In this document: positions 1 to 11,977 of the stretch, one piece after another
Position numbering within the stretch: the first letter of the stretch is position 1
Layout of the letters: each line of letters starts with the position of its first letter
Source of the DNA: the human T2T-CHM13v2.0 reference genome, Homo sapiens
Assembly (NCBI RefSeq): GCF_009914755.1
Contig: NC_060926.1
Length of the DNA stretch: 64,000 nt
Direction: 5' to 3' (one strand)
Position numbers and translations under genes: made by a program
The notes under the pieces: model-generated
The model's input: only the letters and a program-made list of their open reading frames with translations
Databases searched by the model: none
Told to the model about the DNA's origin: nothing

Positions 1-132
1 GCCAAAATGGAGGTGAAAACCTCACTTCTGGACAATATGATTGGAGTTGGGGATATGGTTCTTTTAGAACCTCTCAATGAGGAGACCTTCATCAACAACC
101 TCAAGAAGCGCTTTGACCACAGTGAAATATAC
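1..132 (+). CDS. MYO1B: MYO1B first coding exon (partial; the initiator ATG lies just 5' of the window): AKMEVKTSLLDNMIGVGDMVLLEPLNEETFINNLKKRFDHSEIY
   Basis: Frame 1 is open from base 1 and matches the myosin-Ib N-terminus (M)AKMEVKTSLLDNMIGVGDMVLLEPL. It ends in a phase-0 donor TAC|GTAAGT at 132/133. Confidence 0.97.
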
Positions 133-1189
133 GTAAGTACACACGAAGGTCATCTGTAATGTTTAGACTTTGTATTTTGTGCCAGAGAGCTGTCTTTTCT
201 TCCTCAGACTCTTCTTTCTTTTTTCTCTCTGTTTGAGTCCAGCAGTATTTGCTTTATACCCTCAGAAAGAGTTGAGTTTTTACTGATTTAGCCCATGAGT
301 AATGTGGGTTAGACAAGTCAGTCTGCTTTCTGTGATCAACTGTGTGCAAGTATTGTAGTGGGTGTTGGGGGCATTCTAAAGCAAGCAGAATACTGCCCTC
401 TGAGGAATTTAGAAGGAATTTTGAAATCCATAGGCATCTTCTTGGATACCTTCATAAGATTAACAAAGTCTAATCAGGGAGAAGCTACTCATTGAAATGC
501 AAGGCAGTAAACTGTCAAAAAAGACATGAACTTTCTCGACATTTGTAGTTAGTAGGGACAGGAGCAGATTATCAGATAAAAATATGTAATTGGTCCCTGA
601 AGATTTGGCTATAGTCATGTCCTACTGTACAAAAGTCTAATGCCATATACATAAACAGAAGCATAAATATGTATATGCTATAATAGGAGAAAATTTCCTG
701 TTGTAAAAAGTCTTTATAAAGGATTTCACAGGGTCAAGTTCTCTAAATATTTTAAAAACATGAATAAAAAATACATTTATATGCAGCTTTTCTGGAGTTT
801 GCATAAAGCATCTGCAGAAGTAAAGGTGTACTGTTAACTAAACCAAAGAAATGAGGCATTGATTCCCTGTACCTGCAGCTGAGAAGGAAACAGAATGTTT
901 TGGATGGGAGTAGTTTTAGTGGACTCTGCCTCACTTCCTGAGTTCTCTTTCCTCCTTTTTAAAATGTGCATCTGTGCATGGAGAAGAACTGGATTATTGG
1001 GCATGCTTAATATTTTTCTGTTTATCATTCTAGGGAGGAAGTATAAATAAATAAAAGAGATAATACAGTGATACAAGTAGGATCAGTTATAACTTTTGTG
1101 GAACTAATATATTTTGTAAAATTATATGCAAATTATGAGCTATATTATTTTATATCATAGATAGCTCTCTTTTCTAGATAGCCAACTCT

Positions 1190-1536
1190 CTTTATCTGTT
1201 GGAGCTGCGATACCAAAATACCATAAACTAGGTGGCTTATAAACAACAGAAATTTGTTTCTCAACAGTTCTAGAGTCTGGGAAGTCCACGGTGAAGGGGC
1301 TGGCATATTCAGTGTCTGATGAGGACCTGCTTTCTGGCTCACAGATGGCGCCTTCTCACTGTGTCCTCACATGGTGGAAGAGGAATACTCCTTCATAAGG
1401 GCACTAATCCCATTCATGAGAGCTCTGTCCTTATGACCTAGTCACCTCTCAAAGCCCCACCTCCTAGAACCATCACATTGGTGACTAGCTTTCAATATAT
1501 AAACTTTAGGGAGATAGAAACATTGAGACCACAGCA
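1190..1536 (-). mobile_element. MaLR solo LTR (MLT1A/MSTD-like)
   Basis: Typical motifs ccataaactaggtggcttataaacaacagaaattt, aagggcactaatcccattcatgag and aaagccccacctcc. The terminus gaccacagca is the reverse complement of TGCTGTGGTC. Confidence 0.8.
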
Positions 1537-4500
1537 CCAAACATGTTTCAAGGATGATTTTGAGTAATGTATTTATGAGATAGTAGTCATCCTCTAGGAA
1601 TTGACCTTTTCATTCTTCTCACTTTGTATTGGTGGAGGTGGGGGAAGGTTGATGGTAACAAGAGGCCTGTGAATACTGCTTTTGGAGTCTTAATTGGATA
1701 ACTGGATACTAAACTGAAATGTGTTTACAGTTCAGAGATGCGATTATTTAAAGTGCTGATCCAAATGGAAAAGGTATAAAACACTGCTGCAGAGCAGGGG
1801 TTGGCATTGTTTGGCTTGGCAGTACTGCCTGGTGTCACCTTCCCTCCAAGCGTAGCAGTTCTGCTTTCAGGTGGGAAAGCTGAGGGTTCTGCAGCTTTAA
1901 TTGAAAGTATGCTCTGATATCAAATAAAAGACAGACTTTAAACATTGGTCTTTGAGATGGAGATAGGCAGAATCAATTATATTGTAACTAACGTTACCGA
2001 TCATTTTTCTTTTTGGCTCTGAGAAGCACAATTCACTTTTAAATGAATTGAAAATAAGATGGAGAGTAGAACATTACGTGCATTCAAATACCTGATTTGT
2101 TGTGGCCACTAAAAATAAAACAATCACCTTTTTAACAAAATGCCAAGTGTTAACATTCATGAGTCTTTAGCAGACGAAATGTCTGGATTTCAGCTCTATG
2201 TAATTTTATTTTCTAAACGTCCTTTGTGTTTATAAAACAAAAGCAGAAAATTGATTTCAGCTTCCAGATATTCATATCAATTAATGTTTTTCATGATAAT
2301 TCAGGGCTACTGTTTCCATGAGATGTGTGCCTTTGTTTTGTAACTTCAAACACCTCATGTTGGAGGGCTGGGCATTCTCTATTATAAGTGAAACAAGAGA
2401 TTGTAAAGTAATGCGTATAGTATGATCCTTTTGTAAAAGATGTGTATGGGGGTTTACGAATATGTACATATGTTTGTATATATTTGTATGTACAGAGAGA
2501 CAGGTATGTTACCTTCAGGTACCATAGTGGGGTGGGTTGGGATAGGGCATGGGGACAGGGAAGGTTACTCTTTTAGACCTCTGTATTGTAGGACTTAAGT
2601 CAATCATATATTGCTTTTGTAATTAAAAAAAAGCTGCATGATAAATTTGATTACCACACTCTCCAGCCCCACATGCCATGTATTCTTCCCTGGTGAAATC
2701 TATTTCTGGCTCTTATCCTGATAATACTCCTGCTTTGCCTTTGTTCATGGGTTGCTGCAAAGTTGTCTAGCTTGATGCCCAAGGCTAAGTTAATATGACA
2801 TGGAACATTTTACTGTCTTCTGCTTCACTCTGTTTTTCAATTCTTTCCAAGAAAATGAAGATGCAGTTAAAAAAAAACATCTTTTAAGGTCTTATAGCTT
2901 CATTTTATATTATAAAAATGGGTGACTCTCTAGGGATGATCCATCATGTGAGCATATTGAACAGTAATTTGTATGTTTAGAGCTATGTCTGATAAGGGGG
3001 CCAGTGAACAGGAAGACCCTTGCCCCAGACTTTTGAACTCTGGATCTGGATACACCCATAGCCTCAGCAATCTCCTATGTGAACCAGCTCTAAATCGGGG
3101 GGTTCAGTTCTAACATCCTGCCATCCATCTCCTCTTCTCCTCCCTCCCCCAACATATTTAGAAATGAAAAATAGTCTGTATCTTCCCAGAGCTCTCGTGA
3201 GGGATTGCTTTGCCCCTGGGTATGAGTTACGACTCTCTAGAACATTCACAACCCCTAGTGATCCTCTGGATCTGTAGCAGCTGACGCTGGAAGCAGACTC
3301 CCTTGTCATCCTGTCGTACTAAACCTGAAGCTCTGGATAGAGCAAGGCATTCTGGAGTTAGTTGGAAATGTCAGGTAGTGTTAGAATGTGCTTTTTCCAA
3401 GTAGCCGTCACACCCACATTTATTCACCTGAAAATCCAGAAGTCATTCTGCTTTCACAATTGGTTTGATTTAGTGGCTCAGTGGTATCACTAAGGACTTT
3501 GTGACTTACTGTCTGCTTTGCCTTCCTTGGCTGTTTCTTTGTTCTGAGGCTTCATAGTAGCAAACCAGCTGCAGCATTCCAGGCTTTGCATTCCCGCATC
3601 GCGCTGGCTAGAAGAAGAGGCAGTGCTGCTTCTCTTCTGGCATTCCAAGTCAGAGTCCTGAGATTTACCTTGGTTAGGCTGCCGGAGTCACACTCCCTTC
3701 TCAAACCGTTGACTGTGGCCCGGAGATGGCATGACCTGAGCGACTTAAGAAAGTGATGTTTAAGATTGGAGTTGAACCAGATTTTTCCAAAGTAGATAGG
3801 CTGTATGTGAGGGGGTGGGTTCCCAACCAAATATATCTATTCACACACTAAGAAGAGAAAAGGGGCAGTGGATGCCGAGGAGCCCACTCACTGTGAACTC
3901 CTCACCGGTTTGGTAGGGAGTTCTGTAATGAAGTGGCTTTTTTGATGTTGATGTCATGTTAAAGGATGTGTCCATGGGAAGAATTGGTCACTTGAGTTCT
4001 AGGCTTCAAGTGCGCCCAATGGCTTGCTTCTCAGACTTTTCTGCTGGTGAACTTCTAATGGCAGAGAAGAGTAAACAGCTTCCCCCAGGAACTCTGGAGC
4101 ATGGTCGAAGTCCTGCTTCAGGGAAATTTTGCCGAAATGTTTACTTTCAAATGTAATTCAAAGCTTTATACTGTTCTCTAGTGCAGATGGGTTGTTTTGA
4201 ACTAATATACCCCTTGTAACCCTTTGAGTAAGTTGCATGCTCCAGAAATATCTGTTCTTCACTTTGAGGTGGGTTGACACACTTGTTTAAATAGCACTGG
4301 ATTGGTTCATAGCCATCTGTGGCCTGGTTGAGTCTCTAAATCTGGGACAGTGGCAGATATTGACGTGGTCTTCGCAGTTAGGGCTTGGGCTATTCAGTTG
4401 GAGATGGAGGAGGATCAGGTGAGATGAGATGGGGGAAATGCTGAAGTGATGCTGCAACACACAGGGTCAGAGACTCTATTTGCTTTTTATTCCTCCATCT

Positions 4501-5280
4501 TGGCGGAGTGTGGTTCAAGCTGGGCCCAGCTGCAGGACATGCTGTTTGGTCTGACAGTCTCCGTGGGGTCAATGGCTGGGAAATGCTGGTCGTGACGTTC
4601 CCGAGCACTGCTTTTCTGTTTGCTTTCTGTCCTTTGTCAGACCTTCTTCCGGCCTCCCCTCCCCGGCCCCCAGGCCAGATGGATGGTAGCAGGATTTCAT
4701 GTGGACTTTTATTGTGATGTAGGAGATGGCAGAGCTGAGATCCGGCCAGACATGTTCTGTTTTTAGGGTGACTGGTCAGGACTGTGGTTCTATTCAGGAA
4801 CAGGAAAGCTACAATTTAGGCAAGAACAAGGCCCAGTACAAATTTGGAAACCAGAGAACCAAGGTGTCTGTTCTCTGACGAGAAGTATATTTGGTGCTGA
4901 CCAGTAAATTTAGTTTGTTTTCTATCTGAATTGTAAGATTGGGGATCATCTAGATATAGGGGCCTGAGTTAGTCTAATTTTTAGATCTTATGTTAAACTA
5001 ATTGTAGTTGTAGGAGTGACTACTTTAAAAGTATAGGAAAAGTTGTCTTAAGTTATAGAAGTTAATACTAGAATTAGGATTCCCAGGATGAGATTAGATA
5101 CTTTTATGAAAGATACTCAAGATATAGTACCATATATTTGATTTAAAATATTGTAAAGTTAATGAAAACAATACTGATTAACACATTTATTTGAAGTTTC
5201 AAAACCACTTTTCATTTATACACATGAAAATCCCACCTCATGGGTATAATCTCTGTTCCTGGGAATTTGGCGTAGATGGA

Positions 5281-5480
5281 GTAGTAGTTTTCTCTTGCTA
5301 CAAAATAAAGTGCACAGACTTAGCAACTTAGAATAACATACGTATATTATCTTGCTATTCCTGGGGTCAGGAGTTGGGGCCTGGCTTAGCTGAGTCCTCT
5401 ATTCAGGATTTTCCCAGCTGTAGTCAAGGTTTCAGCAGGGCTGCAATCTTATCTGAGGCTTGAACCTTTTGCAGGCTCAT
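5281..5480 (-). mobile_element. MaLR LTR fragment (MLT1 family)
   Basis: ggggtcaggagttggggcctggcttagctgagtcctct...gtcaaggtttcagcagggctgcaatcttatctgaggct resembles the MLT1D-F 3' part. Confidence 0.65.
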
Positions 5481-6469
5481 GGTGGTGGTGGTGGAGAGCA
5501 GGGCTGGAGTTCAGACAACCACCTGAGTGTTATTCCTGTTACTCAGCCCTGTTCTCCAAGTTTTATTCTTTATAAAATTTTCCTTTAAAGGTTTTTTAAA
5601 TTACAAAATAACAAATGCTTTTGGGAAAAAAAAATTTCAAATAGTACAGCCAGACATATCATAAAAATGTAGTTTTCTCCCTTCAGTACCACAGGCCCAT
5701 TCCCAGCGTGAACAGTAATTAATAGAATGATGTGTAATCTTCAAGATTATGTTGGGTGAAAAAACTAATTTTCTTGTTCTAGAGTTGGAAGTAGGAGGAG
5801 GTTCTCTTTTATCTAGACGGGCAGACCTTTACCCAGGTAATCCAGACCCAACAGAGTTTGCATGGAACAAGAGCAATCTTTAATGCCACCTCCAATCCCA
5901 CTTAGATGAAGTAGGGAAGGAAGGAGGAGGGATCCCAGCCCTGTTAACATGAAATGCCTAGACTTGGTTGTATGTGAGTGGTTTACCATCAGTAGTGCTC
6001 AGCTTACTCTGATCGCTGCAAAGGTAGACCATTAAGGTAAACATTGAGAACAAATTGTGTGTGCCTTCCAGAGTGTAGCTTTGGTGTTTGAAATGGAGAC
6101 ACAGCTTTAGAAGCCTAGATAAAGCTGTTGAAAAACAGCAAATCATGAGGGTGAAGGGAAATGTCATGTCTAATTTCTGAGCACCATCTATCTCTTGGAC
6201 AGTCATTTTTGCTAATAACTTGCCAGCTTCAACCCATGCAAACTTTCCTACAGCCTTTGGTGATTGGAAAATTTCTTCCTCTTAGAATTTTCAAAGTTGA
6301 CACATATTTGTTGCTTACCAAACTTAGAGAGTTTTTTCATCATGGAGGCACTGTATAGGGCTTGAAATATTTGTATAATACTTACAGTGCATTAACTTAA
6401 ATATTCTGGTTGAAGCTAAACCTAAGGTTTGATTTGGAAGAAATTAAGGCCTGACATCAGATCTTTTGG

Positions 6470-6590
6470 AAGCAGTATGGTAGCACTAAGAAGCAAAAAC
6501 TTGACGTCTAGTCCTGGCCCTGCCACTTAGTGAGACCTGGGACAAGTTAACTCCTTGGAGACTGTTTTCTTATTGGTTGGTAAAATGATA
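6470..6590 (+). mobile_element. MIR fragment
   Basis: ctggccctgccacttag...gacctgggacaagttaac...gtaaaatg MIR core. Confidence 0.6.
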
Positions 6591-6629
6591 AATGATAACA
6601 AAGGACATTTTTGATTTCCTTATTGGTAC

Positions 6630-6840
6630 CAGCTGCTGTTCTAAGCACTTTACATGTATTATTCATTTAATTTTCACTAGAGTCCTATGTACTATAGGTT
6701 TTTAAATTATCTTCATTTTACATATGAAGAAACCGAGGCTCATAAAGGCTAAGTAACTGTCCACGATCACACAGCAAGTAGGTGATGGAGCTGAAACTCA
6801 CACCCAGGAAGTTCAGCTGCAGAGTCCATGCTCTTAATGA
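6630..6840 (-). mobile_element. MIR
   Basis: ctaagcactttacatgtattattcatttaat...cattttacatatgaagaaaccgaggctca...aagtaactgtccacgatcacacagc is the reverse MIR core. Confidence 0.75.
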
Positions 6841-7738
6841 TAGTCCTGCTGACTTTCCATGGTTGCTGTGAGCATCAAAGGATACTACTGATACAAAAGC
6901 CCTTTCAATTCTCAAAATAATTGGGTATGATATTGAAGAATGTGTAGGTTTGGAATGAGGCAATCTGAAAATGACCTGGACAAATAATCAAAATGATAAT
7001 CAGTATTCCTGCCATGTGTTGAGCTGCTCAGCAGTGCAGTGACATGAACCAGCGTGACATAGAGCAAGGACATTCATTTCTAAAGTCATAGGTGATCATT
7101 ACATGGTGCTCTCAATTCAAAGGAAAAGTGATAGCAGCCATGACAATGATTTTTTCCCCACTGTGGAAGGTGGGAGAAGATACTGGGAGGAAAGTATATT
7201 TCATCATGTTCACAGGATGACAGGTAACTGACAGCTGCACATGGCTCTTCACCTTTATGAGCACGAGAGAGGAGGAAGAGGAAGCAGTTCGGCACAGGGG
7301 ACACGTGGCCAGTTAATTCTGTGGCCAGTTCAACTGTCCCCTCTACACATGCATCTGTGTCTGTTGTATATCCATAGTGCAGAAAAATTTTAGTAATCCT
7401 AATTTCTAAAGAGAGGCTATTTTGTTGTTCAAATTCTGCTTTGGAAGGAGTGGAGGGTGAAATGACATGGCATACTGGGAAAGGTGTGAGCTTTTGGCTG
7501 ACAGACCTGTTTGAACCTTGGTGACTTACAGTCACTGTGACCACTGTAAGGAATAGAGGTTCTCTCACCCATAAAATGGTCATCGTGGTACTTATCTTGT
7601 TGAGTTGTGGTGGGGATTAAGGGACATCTTAGTCCAGTGCCTATCACATGATGAAAGTGGAGTGCATGGTAGGTGCCCCGACTGTCTGAAAAACTTGGAA
7701 ATCCAGAATCACTTTTTTTTTGAGGTTTCAGACATTGA

Positions 7739-8036
<298 letters not shown>

Positions 8037-9753
8037 AAGACCCTGGTATTTTCATTAGTTAGATTCTTTCTCTTCTCCCCTTCCCTGCCTACTTCTTTCC
8101 CTCTTTCTGTATTCCTTTCATAGCAGTTCCTGTGTTTCATAGCAGATTCATTTTTGTTACATTACTACTTTCAATTAACCACAGAAATATTATTTTAAAG
8201 ACATATTGTAAATATTATCCCTTTAATACAGGACCACAGGACCATGCTGTTAAGAGAGTTTTATTAAGTCTGGAGAATGGTATATATTTGGAAAATACTT
8301 GTCTCGTGACACAGTTTGTCTCAACGAAGATATGGCAGTATTGTATTATCCTGCTCTAAAATAAAGACGCCTGAGGTGATATTTTTAGCCAGTATTTCAG
8401 CGTGGCGTTGAACTCATATATAGTTCTTTAATTCATAGTCTGAAATGACTGGCTGCAGCCCAGGAACAAGAGTATAATATGATGGTAGTGTAGGCACGTC
8501 TTGGACTAGGCAGCAGAGACTGTGCCTGACAAACTTGCGGCCACCGTCGGCAGCCACGGTTTGCGGGACGTCCTGGCCTCTGAATGAGCTCCTGACCCAA
8601 GGCCAGTGATTTAAGGCACAACTTAGATAAAAAGATGAGCAAGGCTAGATTCTTTCCTCAAACTTTGAATTGAGAAATACTGAAAAAATAAAATATCAAT
8701 GGGATCAAGATGCTGAGGGTGATGAAGTCGAGAGGAGTACATGATAGGCCACAGGCAAACAGAACCTATGAATAAGAGGCTTTGAAGTGGACAGCCGATG
8801 GAGTAGAAAGTGAGGGAACCAGCTTGCAGCAGGCATGAAAGAAACAAGGGGAGAAGCAGAGACATGGGCAGGGGCGAGGCTCATTGATACCAGAACTGGA
8901 GAGGAAATCTTCACAAACTTGGGTTGTGTTGGTTCATGAGCCGTCCTGGACCCATAGTCACCCTCAGGTCCCAGATTTGTTATAGCCTGGGATAGTTGTC
9001 AGGGGTTCCTAGGTGAGTTCATTAATACAGGAAATGGACCTGGATGCCAAGCAGCTGAAAGAGCCTGACCAAGTCACTGTTCTCCGTCCTATTGTCATAG
9101 TCTTTGATGCAGAGCTTTGGGATGAAACTCTGCTTCTGCCACTGATTTAGAAACCTTGGGCAAGTTATTTAAAACCTTCTAATGTTTCCAGTTCTATTCT
9201 CCTGTAAAATTAGGCTATTAGCATCAATTTTATATGTCTATTGCATATGCATCACAAATATGTTTCTGAGACTGGCGACATGAGATGCATACACTGAATT
9301 ACATTTTTAAAAAATATAAGGCCCAGATAGACACCTAAGTCTGTTATTCACCTTATACTTGTAATTTTTACTTAGGCATTTTGCACAGTTTTGAACTATG
9401 TCTAAAAAACAACCAAAGTGTTTGGTAGACCATACTGTGTCTTTAAAAAAAAAAAAAAGACCGAGGCCCTCTGCAAGGAAATTTGGGAAATCTTACAGAT
9501 GTCTAATTAAAAACACCGTGGCATATGACATCTTAATATCTTGTGATCAAATTCCCAGGGTCTCAGACCCAGGAAGGAAGTAGATTCCTCATATTGGAGT
9601 GAATAGCATGTTGTCATTTTTGAGGATTCCCACTGGTCTGTCTTGTATAGTCATTTTCTTAGTATCCTAGACTTTTAATATTAGTTTTATTAAGACATAC
9701 CTTATGTGCTTATCTGAAAATTCATCAATTTCCTGTATACAAAGACCATTTTG

Positions 9754-10055
9754 GGTTGGGTGCCGTGGCTAATGCCTATAATCCCAGCACTTTGGGAGTC
9801 TGAGGCGGGCCGATTGCTTTAGTCGAGGAGTTCGAGACCAGCCTGGGCAACATGATGAAACCCCGTCTCTACCAAAAATACAAAACTTAGCCAGGATTGG
9901 TGGCATGTACCTGTAGTCCCAGGTATTCAGGAGGCTGAGGTGGGAGGATGGCTTGAACCTGGGATCGGGGCTGCAGTGAGCCAGGATCGCACCACTGCAC
10001 TCCAACCTGGGTGACAGAGCTAGACCCTGTCTCAAAACACAAAACAAAACAAAAC
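9754..10055 (+). mobile_element. Alu (AluJ-like), full-length with target-site duplication
   Basis: ggttgggtgccgtggctaatgcctataatcccagcac... with J-type gaggatggcttgaacc and a (AAAAC)n tail. TSD AGACCATTTTG at 9743-9753 and 10056-10066. Confidence 0.95.
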
Positions 10056-10302
10056 AGACCATTTTGTAAAAGTTTTTAAGACGCTGGTGTGGTAGGACTC
10101 ATTAATGAATTTAGCCATGGTATTAACATATTTTATGTAGACTTTCAAGTCCTGATTTGGCTCTTTACAGTAGCCAATAGATTCCAGTAGAGCCCAGCTA
10201 AATTTATATAATTATAATAGGTAATATTTATGGAATGCTTGCTGTGGGTCAGGTGCTGTGTTTGATGTTTTGACACACAACCTCATTTAATCCTCAGAAT
10301 TA

Positions 10303-10690
<388 letters not shown>

Positions 10691-11119
10691 TCACACAAAA
10701 CTAGAGAATTTTGCCAGCTAATTTGGAGCCAAGACTTACACAATATTTCAAATACATTGAAGAATTATTATTATGAAATGACATAGGTAGAATCTGAGTA
10801 AAGAGCTTAAATACTATACTTAGGTCAGAATGATGTGGGTTCAAATCCCATCAGTTTCATCATCTAAGCCCCTCATCCCCCACTGACTTTTCACTTCAAA
10901 ACTGCTTTTGGACTCAAGCTCAGACTGCTTACGTGAAGTTCAAAGGCTCTCTACAGTTTGATCTCAGTCTTTTTTTTTTTTTTTCCTGGCTTTAGCAAGA
11001 ATTTTTTATTCCAGTCGTAACTACTCAGGGGATGTCTTTGTTTTAGGGAAGCTGTTCCATTCTCTGTCTTTGGTATGTGCTTGGGTAGGCCTTTGTGCCT
11101 CTGTCTGTGTTTTAATCTG

Positions 11120-11298
11120 TATTCTAGCATGTGTCAGAATTCCCTTCCTTTTTAAGGCTGAACAGTGTTCCATTGTACGTATCTACATTTTATTTATCTA
11201 TTCATCTGTCGCTGGACACTTGGGTGACTTCCTCCTCTTGGGTGTAGTGAATAATGCTGCTATAAACATGGGTGTGCAGATATCTGTTTGAGTCCCTG
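11120..11298 (-). mobile_element. L1M (L1MB/MA-type) 3' fragment
   Basis: ttccttttaaggctgaa..ttccattgta..atctattcatctgt..ggacacttgggt..gtgaataatgctgctataaacatgggtgtgcagatatct is the classic antisense L1 ORF2-end/3'UTR signature. Confidence 0.85.
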
Positions 11299-11899
11299 GC
11301 AAATTGTACTTAAAAAAATATATTTTGAAGAAGATAGCTTAGCTTAAAAAAAAAAAAAGAAGAAAGAAAGGTGGTGGCTGGGCGGCATTCAGCTATCACC
11401 TGAAACCTAACGTCTTATGTCACTCTTTGGGGGGAACTTTGTCCAAATCATGCCCATCTTTTTAGACCGCTCAAGCTGTCTGTCTTCTCTGGAGCTTTCT
11501 CGGACCTCTGCAGTTCATAGTGACCTTTCTTTATATAACCCTGGAGCACTCATTAGACAGTAAAATAATCAGACTAATGGCTCATTTAGCCAGGAATCAC
11601 ATCCTGTTTCATCTGTTTTAATGTCTAGAGAAGTTAACTCTTAAATTTTATGTTTCTCTATCTAAAAGACTCACTTCCTAAGCTATGTTATAAACTTCCC
11701 AGGCACACAGACACTGGGAGCTTTGTATTTTTCCTACCATGCCCAGCATGATGTTTTGCATAAAGTTAGCCCTTAATAAATTTGTTGCTTGCATGTAAAA
11801 TGGTTTGTAGCCTAAAATCACTCTATCAGTCAGTGCGATTGTGCAGCCTTGTGATGGGTTATTCTTACCTGAATCCTGGCCCATCCTGGATTTGAACTA

Positions 11900-11977
11900 T
11901 AGATTGGTGCAAAAGCAATTGTGATTTTTGCGTTGGAAGTAATGGCAAAAACTGCAATTACTTTTGCACCAGCCCAA
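11900..11977. mobile_element. MADE1 (Hsmar1-derived mariner MITE)
   Basis: About 78 bp palindrome tagattggtgcaaaagcaattg...caattacttttgcaccagcccaa, flanked by TA at 11898-11899 and 11978-11979. Confidence 0.92.

Noticed and set aside
7086-7583. Longest ORF (165 aa, minus strand)
   Set aside because: It starts in a MIR remnant and has no family motif or other support for coding.
8538-8553. CTCF-like GGCCACCGTCGGCAG
   Set aside because: The spacing is one base short of the CCACNAGRKGGCAG core and the central AG is absent.
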